From assembly GCF_012911005.2 (NCBI RefSeq), contig NZ_WTVS01000016.1:61861-91860 (forward strand): a DNA stretch of 30,000 nucleotides, given 5' to 3'. Every line of letters begins with the position of its first letter. Within the stretch, counting starts at the first letter, position 1. The notes below the pieces were generated by a model. It saw nothing but the letters and a program-made list of their open reading frames with translations. It searched no databases and was not told where the DNA came from. This stretch comes from Aromatoleum toluolicum (GTDB lineage: Bacteria > Pseudomonadota > Gammaproteobacteria > Burkholderiales > Rhodocyclaceae). A program made the translations under genes and the position numbers. Below, in pieces: positions 23,739 through 30,000 of the stretch.

Positions 23739-24377
23739 ATGAGTCATTCCCCTGCCGACGCGCGCGGAGCCGCCCCGGAACCGCCGCACCCGGCAACGCC
23801 CCCCGCGCGCCAGCCCGGACTGTGGGAACTCTTCCTCGCGTGCTCGCGCGTCGGCCTCTCGGGCTTCGGCGGTGTGCTGCCGCTGCTGCGGCATCTTCTC
23901 GTCGAGGAACGCCGTCTCATGAGCGGCGCCGATTTCAACGCCCTGCTCGGCCTGTGCCAGTTCCTGCCCGGCTCCAACGTCGTCAATCTCGCCGTTTGCG
24001 TGGGGGCGCGCTTCCACGGTGCGCGCGGCGCGGTCGTCGCGACCGCCGGACTGCTGCTGGGCCCCTTCCTCGTGATGATGGCGCTCGCGACCGCCTACGG
24101 CGAGTGGGGTCACCTCGCCGTCGTGCAGGACATGCTGCGCGGCGTCGCGGCCGCCGGCGCCGGACTGCTTTTCGCGACGGCATTGAAGATGGCGCGCAAC
24201 GTGCCCGAACGGTGGATCTACCTGCCCTTCGCGGCGCTGATGCTCGTCGCGCTGGTAATCCTGCGCCTGCCGTTACCGCCGCTGATGCTGGCGCTGCTCG
24301 GCGTGACCGGGCTCATCGCCTACCGGCGCGGGCGCCGCGCGGCAAGGCTTGCCATGACTGCGAAGACGGAGTCGTGA
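23739..24377 (+). CDS. chrA: Chromate ion transporter (CHR) family, short-chain half 1
   Basis: CHR signature ...FLACSRVGLSGFGGVLPLLRHLLVEERRLMSGADFNALLGLCQFLPGSNVVN.... Start taken at the ATG at 23739; a GTG at 23706 is also possible. Confidence 0.85.
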   Translation: MSHSPADARGAAPEPPHPATPPARQPGLWELFLACSRVGLSGFGGVLPLLRHLLVEERRLMSGADFNALLGLCQFLPGSNVVNLAVCVGARFHGARGAVVATAGLLLGPFLVMMALATAYGEWGHLAVVQDMLRGVAAAGAGLLFATALKMARNVPERWIYLPFAALMLVALVILRLPLPPLMLALLGVTGLIAYRRGRRAARLAMTAKTES

Positions 24378-24379
24378 CG

Positions 24380-24901
24380 ATGGCGCTGCTCGCCGATCTC
24401 TTCCTGCAGTTCAGCATCCTCACCGTCGTCGCCTTCGGCGGCATCACCGCGATGCTGCCCGAGCTGCACCGCCTCGTCGTCGAGCAGCGGCAGTGGATGG
24501 ACGACACCACCTTCGCCCATCTCTTCGCGATCGCCCAGGCGGCGCCAGGCCCCAACCTGCTGGTCGTGTCGCTGATCGGCTGGAAGGTCGCGGGCATTCC
24601 CGGCGCGATCGCGGCGACGCTGGCGATCAGCCTGCCGATGAGCCTCGTGATCTTCTTCCTCTACCGGCACTGGGAACGTTTCCGCGACGCACCGTGGCGC
24701 GAGGCGATCCAGACCGGCGTCGCCCCCCTCGCCGTGGGCCTCGTGTGTGCGAGCGGCTGGCTGATCGGCGCCTCGGCGGGACTCGACCTGCGCGGCATCC
24801 TGCTGACGCTCGCCTGCACCGGCCTCATGCTCGTGCGCGGCTGGCACCCCCTGTGGTACATCGGCGCCGGCGCGGCGGCGGGAGCCCTCGGACTCGTCTA
24901 G
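24380..24901 (+). CDS. chrA: Chromate ion transporter (CHR) family, short-chain half 2
   Basis: LQFSILTVVAFGGITAMLPELHRLVVEQRQWMDDTTFAHLFAIAQAAPGPNLL. The ATG at 24380 lies 9 nt after GGAG. An alternative GTG at 24374 overlaps the upstream stop (GTGA). Confidence 0.85.
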   Translation: MALLADLFLQFSILTVVAFGGITAMLPELHRLVVEQRQWMDDTTFAHLFAIAQAAPGPNLLVVSLIGWKVAGIPGAIAATLAISLPMSLVIFFLYRHWERFRDAPWREAIQTGVAPLAVGLVCASGWLIGASAGLDLRGILLTLACTGLMLVRGWHPLWYIGAGAAAGALGLV

Positions 24902-24958
24902 TTCGCGGGCACGCCACACCCCGGTGTTATGCTCCGCGCTCCCCTTCGGATTGGACCC

Positions 24959-25894
24959 ATGCTCGACGTTTTCAAGATCACCGGCCCGGCCTTCCTCGTC
25001 ATCGCGATCGGCTTCGCCGCGGTGCGCAGCGGCCTTTTCGACAAGAGCGAGACACGCATCCTCGGCAAGTTCGCGATCAACATCGCGCTGCCGGCGATGC
25101 TGTTGAAAGCGCTGACCGAACGTCCCTTCGCCGAGATCATGAACGTCGGCTACCTGACCGCCTACACGCTCGGCTCGCTCGCGGTCTTCGCTGCGGGCAT
25201 CGGCTTCGCACGCCTCGTGCAGAAGAAGGACCTGCAGACCAGCGTCGTGCACGGCATGGGCATGTCCCTGTCCAACAGCGGCTTCATCGGCTACCCGATC
25301 GTGCTGCAGGTCGTCGGCCCGGCGGCCGGCATCGCGCTGGCGCTGTGCTTCCTCGTCGAGAACCTGCTGATCGTGCCGCTCACGCTGGCGCTAGCCGAAA
25401 GCAGCGGCGGCGACGGCAAGAAGATCCATCGCGTGGTGATCGAGACCTTCACCCGGCTGGCGAAAAACCCGCTCATCATGGCCATCGTCGCCGGTTTCAG
25501 CCTTGCGCTGCTGGGCATCCGCCTGCCCGCGCCGGTCGCGCGCTCCATCGACATGCTCTCGCTCGCCGCGGCGGGTGTGGCGCTCTTCGTCATCGGCGGC
25601 ACGCTGGTCGGCATCAAGGTCCGCGGCATGCGCCGCGACATCGCCCAGATCGTTGCGGGCAAGCTTGTCCTCCACCCGCTCTTCGTGTTCATCGCGCTGG
25701 CCCTCCTGCCGCCGCTCGACCCGACACTGCACGTCGCCGCGATCGCCTTCGCCTGCATGCCGATGGCGAGCATCTTCCCGATCATCGCGCAGCGCTTCGG
25801 TCAGGAGGAACTCCCCGCCGCCGCGCTGATGGCCGCGACGATCAGCGCCTTCTTCTCGGTGAGCGCGGTGATCTGGATGCTTCAGCACGCCTGA
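24959..25894 (+). CDS. AEC (auxin efflux carrier / Mem_trans) family permease
   Basis: MLDVFKITGPAFLVIAIGFAAVRSGLF is a typical AEC N-terminus. About 10 TMS, 311 aa. An alternative ATG at 24929 is possible. Confidence 0.88.
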   Translation: MLDVFKITGPAFLVIAIGFAAVRSGLFDKSETRILGKFAINIALPAMLLKALTERPFAEIMNVGYLTAYTLGSLAVFAAGIGFARLVQKKDLQTSVVHGMGMSLSNSGFIGYPIVLQVVGPAAGIALALCFLVENLLIVPLTLALAESSGGDGKKIHRVVIETFTRLAKNPLIMAIVAGFSLALLGIRLPAPVARSIDMLSLAAAGVALFVIGGTLVGIKVRGMRRDIAQIVAGKLVLHPLFVFIALALLPPLDPTLHVAAIAFACMPMASIFPIIAQRFGQEELPAAALMAATISAFFSVSAVIWMLQHA

Positions 25895-25922
25895 ACCGGG
25901 CCGCTTTGACGAACGGTCGGGG

Positions 25923-28136
25923 CTAACTGCGCAGATAGGCGGCCGGATCGAACGAGGTCAGGAAGCGCGTCATGTCGTCGGCCGGCAGCGGCCGGCTGAC
26001 CAGATAGCCCTGCATCACGTTGCAGCGCATCGAACGCAGCAGGCGCATCTGGACTTCGTCCTCGACACCCTCCGCGACGACCTCCAGGTCGAGGCTGTGG
26101 CCTAGCGCGATCACCGCCTTGACGATCGACGCATTGCCGCTGTTCGTCGCCATGTCGTGCACGAATGACAGGTCGATCTTCAACGTGTGGACTTCCAGTT
26201 GCTGCAGGAAGCCCAGCGAGGAGTAGCCGGTACCGAAATCGTCGATCGACAGGCGCACACCGAGCGTCCTCAGTTCGGCGATCGACTTGAAGGACTGCTC
26301 GCGATCGAGCATCACGAAGCTCTCGGTGATTTCGATTTCGAGCTGCGCAGGCGCGATGCCGCTCTGCTCCAGCGCATCCTTCACCGACTGAACCAGTTGG
26401 CCGCGGCTCAGCTGGACAGGCGACACGTTCACCGCTGTCTTGCGCGGCGCGAGCCCCGCGTCCGACCACGCCTTGATCTGACGGCAGGCCTCATGCAGCA
26501 CCCAGTCGCCGAGCGGCACGACAAGCCCGCTATCCTCGGCGATGGGAATGAACTCGCCGGGCGCGATCATGCCCCGCTCGGGATGCTGCCAGCGAACCAA
26601 GGCCTCGACGCCGACGATCTCGCCGCTGAAGAGATCGATCTGGGGCTGATAATGCAGGCGCAACTCCTCGCGCCCGAGTGCGCGGCGCAGGTCGGCGTTG
26701 AGCGCGACGCGCTCCTTCGCACGGCGCGTCAGTTCCGGCGAAAAGAAGCGCAGGATGCCCCGCCCCTGCATCTTGGCCTGGTGCAGCGCCGCGTCGGCGT
26801 TGCTTTGCAGGGTCTCCGCGGTGGTGCCGTCGGCAGGATAGAGCGCGATGCCGACGCTGACCCCGACATACACGCTGTAACCCCCTACGACGAACGGTTC
26901 CGCGAAGGCATCGATCAGGCGTTGCGCCGTCAGGTCGATCGACACGTCTTCGCCATGCTCGAGGATCACGTTGTATTCGTCGCCGCCGATGCGCGCGATG
27001 GCGTCGCACCCGGGCAGCAGCGCCTGCAGCCGTTTGGCGCCCTCGATCAGCACCTGGTCGCCGAGACCGTGGCCGAGGCTTTCGTTGATCGTCTTGAAAT
27101 TATCGAGATCGAGGAAGAGCAGTGCGAACTGGGACTTGTCGCGTTCGGCCTGCAGGATCGCGTGCGAGGTCAGCTCGGCGAACAGCGCACGGTTCGGCAG
27201 GCCGGTCAGCGGATCGCGGTGTGCGAGGATGCGGTATTTCTCCTCGCTGACCTGCAGCATCGCGCTGCGTTGCGCGACCAGGTCTTCCAGGACGCGCCGC
27301 AGGCGCGCGAGCTCCAGGTGGGTGCGGATGCGCGCGCGCACCTCGTCGATGTCGAAAGGCTTCGTGATGTAGTCGGCGGCCCCGAGCTCGAAGCCCTTCA
27401 CCTTATCATCCGTCGCGTCGACGACCGTGACGAAGATCACCGGAATTCCGTCGCCGCGGCGGTTCGCCTTGATGCGGCGGCAGACCTCGTAGCCGCTCAT
27501 CTCCGGCATCAGGATGTCCAGCAGCACGAGGTCGGGCGGCGAGGGCCCCTCCACCACGCCGAGCGCCTCCGCGCCGTTGCGCGCGACCATGATGCGGTAC
27601 TCGTCCTTCAGCGCGTCGAGCAGTTCGTGGATGTTCTCGGGAATGTCGTCGACGACCAGCAGCGTTGGCGGATGCGCCGGATCGCGGTGGGCGGCGATGT
27701 CGAACATCACCGGGTGCTTGCGGTAACGCTGCAATTCGAGTTGGTCGCGCACGCGCGCCTTCAGCAGCTCAGGATTGACCGGCTTGGTGATGTAGTCGGC
27801 AACCCCCATCGAGAGGCCTCGCGCCTCGTCCGCCGCCTCGGCGAGCGCGGTGACGAAAATCACCGGGATTTCGGCGGTCGCGGGGTCGGCCTTCAGCGCC
27901 GCCAACACCGAATAGCCATCCATGTCGGGCATCTTGATGTCGAGCAGGATCAGGTCGGGCCGGGGCTCGCGCCGCGCCAGTTCGAGCGCCTTCCCGCCAT
28001 TGGTGGCGGCGGCGATGGCGTAATCGTCGCGCAGGATGTTCATCAGCACGTGCAGGTTCTCCTGCATGTCATCGACGATGAGGAGGCGCGCGCGTTGCTT
28101 CCCGTCGTTCGGCTGCCGGTCGTTCCGCTGGTTCAT
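25923..28136 (-). CDS. Dual-receiver response regulator with GGDEF and EAL domains (REC-REC-GGDEF-EAL)
   Basis: Two REC domains (LLIVDD...[11 protein letters not shown]...ITKP and LLVVDD...[11 protein letters not shown]...ITKP). GGDEF domain with RIGGDEY. EAL domain with [17 protein letters not shown] and the EGVE region. Its ATG overlaps the kinase stop (ATGA). Confidence 0.93.
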   Translation of the reverse strand: MNQRNDRQPNDGKQRARLLIVDDMQENLHVLMNILRDDYAIAAATNGGKALELARREPRPDLILLDIKMPDMDGYSVLAALKADPATAEIPVIFVTALAEAADEARGLSMGVADYITKPVNPELLKARVRDQLELQRYRKHPVMFDIAAHRDPAHPPTLLVVDDIPENIHELLDALKDEYRIMVARNGAEALGVVEGPSPPDLVLLDILMPEMSGYEVCRRIKANRRGDGIPVIFVTVVDATDDKVKGFELGAADYITKPFDIDEVRARIRTHLELARLRRVLEDLVAQRSAMLQVSEEKYRILAHRDPLTGLPNRALFAELTSHAILQAERDKSQFALLFLDLDNFKTINESLGHGLGDQVLIEGAKRLQALLPGCDAIARIGGDEYNVILEHGEDVSIDLTAQRLIDAFAEPFVVGGYSVYVGVSVGIALYPADGTTAETLQSNADAALHQAKMQGRGILRFFSPELTRRAKERVALNADLRRALGREELRLHYQPQIDLFSGEIVGVEALVRWQHPERGMIAPGEFIPIAEDSGLVVPLGDWVLHEACRQIKAWSDAGLAPRKTAVNVSPVQLSRGQLVQSVKDALEQSGIAPAQLEIEITESFVMLDREQSFKSIAELRTLGVRLSIDDFGTGYSSLGFLQQLEVHTLKIDLSFVHDMATNSGNASIVKAVIALGHSLDLEVVAEGVEDEVQMRLLRSMRCNVMQGYLVSRPLPADDMTRFLTSFDPAAYLRS

Positions 28137-30000
28137 TGTGTCGTATCCGATAAGGAGACTTCCAGACCCTTCAGCCTGGCCCGCGCCGCATCAATGTCGA
28201 ACACATCGACCAAGGCGCCCACTGAGGTGATGTCCGCTTCGAGCGGGGTACCGGCGAGCCCGGCGCGCAGTTCCGCGAGCAGGGGCTCGGCAGCACCGAG
28301 ATCGTTGTCGAGCGCCTCGCCCAGCCGTGCCAGCAGCTCGCGCAAGGTGTCGGGTGCGAGCGGTGCGGCGGGCCGCGGGATGGCGCCCGAGCTGTCGCCC
28401 AAGCCATCGATCTCGTCCATCAGCCGCAGCAGCAGCGCGTCCGCCTCGTCGAGCACCGCGGCATCGGGCAGCACGCCCTGCTTCAGCAGCGCGTCGATGA
28501 CGGAAATCTTTTCGTACAGCGCATGCGCGCCGAGCGCGCCGGTCACGCCTTTCAGCGCATGGCAGCATTCTTCCGCGCGCTGCGCATCGCCTGCGGCAAC
28601 CAGCCGGCACAATTCGGCGACGGCATCGACATGACGTCTTCGGAAGCGGGCGAGCTGCTTGCGGTAGGCGTCGGCCTTGCCGCCGATGCGGCGGATGCCT
28701 TCGCCGGCATCGAGGCTGGTCAAGGCTCCCAGATCGGCGGGCACTTCCCCGCGGTCCGCGGTCCTGGTAACGGCGACCCTTCCCGCCCGTCCCGCCGGCA
28801 GTTGCACCCAATTGGCCAGCGTCGCCATCAGCCGGTCGGGCGCGATCGGCTTGGTGACATGGTCGTTCATGCCCGCGGCCCGACTCTTCTCGGCATCCTG
28901 CGCCATCGCCAACGCCGTCATCGCAATGATCGGCAGGACGGCAAAGCGCTCCCCGTCCATCACACCCGGCGCGCCTGCAAGCGCGCGGATCCGCCGCGCG
29001 GCTTCGAGGCCATCCATCACCGGCATCTGGATATCCATCAGCACCGCGTCGTAATCGCGCGCCTGCACCCGCTGGACCGCTTCCTCGCCGTTTGCCGCCT
29101 CATCGACCTCGAGCCCTTCGCTGCGCAGCAGTTCGATGGCGAATTCACGGTTTATCTCGTTGTCCTCGACCAGCAGGACGCGCGCCCCGGCCAATTGGCC
29201 ACCCGAAGCCGGTTCGCGCAGACTCGCGCGGCGCTCTTCGGTGCCGAAGATGCGGCCACGCCCGAGCACCGACAGGATCGTGTCGAACATCATCGACGGC
29301 GACACCGGCTTGATCAGGAAGCCGTCGATCCCTGCCCGTTCGGCGAGCAGGAAGGCGTCCTCGCGGCCCCAAGCGGTGACCATGATCACCTTCGGCTGAC
29401 GCGGGATCGCGGCATCGTTGCGGATGCGCGCGGTCGCCTCGTCGCCGTTCATGCCGGGCATGCGCCAGTCCATCAGCACGAGATCGTAGGGACTCGCGGC
29501 CGCAGCCTGCAGCGCGGCGATGGCCGCCGGTCCGTTCGACGCGGTGCCGACCTCGAGGCGGAAAAAGCGCAGCATCTCGGCGAGAATCTCACGCGCCCCT
29601 TCGCTGTCGTCCACCACCAGCACGCGCACGCCTTCGAGCAGCGGACCGACCTGCTCCACCAGTTCGCGCTGGCGTGCCCGCGCCTGCCCGGCAATCCTCA
29701 GCTGCGCCGTAAAGCACATCGTCGTGCCCTTGCCTGGCTGTGAATCCTCGACCCAGACGCGGCCACCCATCAGTTCGGCCAGATCCTTGCTGATCGCCAG
29801 CCCCAGCCCGGTACCACCGAATCGACGCGTCGTCGTCTGGTCGGCCTGCGTGAATTTCTCGAACAGCTTGCCCTGGACCTCCGGCGTCATGCCGATACCG
29901 GTGTCGCGCACGAACACCTGCAGCGTGATGTCCGTTTCGCTCGCGTTCAGGCAGCGGAACGCGAGCTCGACCTCGCCCCGCTCGGTGAATTTCACCGCGT
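28133..30000 (-). CDS. Hybrid sensor histidine kinase, C-terminal part (HATPase_c-REC-REC-HPt); 5' end lies beyond the window
   Basis: It reads ...(A)VKFTERGEV...DTGIGM...[19 protein letters not shown]. Two REC domains (VLVVDD...[13 protein letters not shown] and VLLVEDN...[13 protein letters not shown]). HPt domain with [14 protein letters not shown]. The frame stays open to the window edge. Confidence 0.9.
   Translation of the reverse strand, partial: AVKFTERGEVELAFRCLNASETDITLQVFVRDTGIGMTPEVQGKLFEKFTQADQTTTRRFGGTGLGLAISKDLAELMGGRVWVEDSQPGKGTTMCFTAQLRIAGQARARQRELVEQVGPLLEGVRVLVVDDSEGAREILAEMLRFFRLEVGTASNGPAAIAALQAAAASPYDLVLMDWRMPGMNGDEATARIRNDAAIPRQPKVIMVTAWGREDAFLLAERAGIDGFLIKPVSPSMMFDTILSVLGRGRIFGTEERRASLREPASGGQLAGARVLLVEDNEINREFAIELLRSEGLEVDEAANGEEAVQRVQARDYDAVLMDIQMPVMDGLEAARRIRALAGAPGVMDGERFAVLPIIAMTALAMAQDAEKSRAAGMNDHVTKPIAPDRLMATLANWVQLPAGRAGRVAVTRTADRGEVPADLGALTSLDAGEGIRRIGGKADAYRKQLARFRRRHVDAVAELCRLVAAGDAQRAEECCHALKGVTGALGAHALYEKISVIDALLKQGVLPDAAVLDEADALLLRLMDEIDGLGDSSGAIPRPAAPLAPDTLRELLARLGEALDNDLGAAEPLLAELRAGLAGTPLEADITSVGALVDVFDIDAARARLKGLEVSLSDTTQ

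Noticed and set aside
26187-28634. 815-aa plus-strand ORF
   Set aside because: It is antisense to the REC-REC-GGDEF-EAL and kinase genes, which have unambiguous domain signatures.
1-30000. Search for CRISPR arrays, IS/transposase or integrase genes, tRNA/rRNA, toxin-antitoxin pairs and known defence-system signatures
   Set aside because: I saw no spaced direct-repeat arrays, no transposase- or integrase-like translations in any frame of the ORF track, and no cloverleaf-like conserved tRNA segments in the intergenic regions. The only compositional anomaly is the 15460-15970 patch, reported separately.

Overview
High-GC (about two-thirds GC by eye) proteobacterial chromosomal DNA. The porin type, a Bug/TctC binding protein and the overall style suggest a betaproteobacterium, possibly Rhodocyclales-like, but that is a guess. 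About 27 protein genes are packed tightly. I saw no rRNA, tRNA, CRISPR, IS element or integrase. Gene content, left to right: a porin. Then a minus-strand string dctQ-dctM-dctP, an orphan Bug/TctC binding protein, a shikimate-dehydrogenase-family paralog and a UspA protein. Then a DMT/EamA permease, a PanE/ApbA-type reductase and an MHS-type MFS symporter. Then a SUV3-like helicase, a 4-OT tautomerase and a ComB-like phosphatase. Then a truncated FemAB-like (DUF482) gene followed by a low-GC patch with two tiny genes, and a second DMT permease. Then an operon-like string iclR, acyl-CoA dehydrogenase, fused CoA-transferase, etfB, etfA. Divergent from it lie a xylose-isomerase-like TIM-barrel gene, a split chrA pair and an AEC permease. 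At the right edge is a hybrid histidine kinase (truncated by the window) coupled to a REC-REC-GGDEF-EAL protein. The most interesting signal is non-coding: AT-rich promoter islands at five loci share one architecture. It is a -35 TTGCGT (TTGCAG at the porin copy, TTGACA at the iclR copy), a 17-bp spacer, a -10 TAnnnT/A, and AGAAY-N3-RTTCT quasi-palindromes. Two of these loci have base-for-base identical geometry, which suggests one uncharacterised regulon linking the transporters and the CoA/ETF catabolic genes. That gene set echoes the uncharacterised E. coli ydi cluster. All functional calls come from reading the translated ORFs against remembered family signatures; no searches were run.
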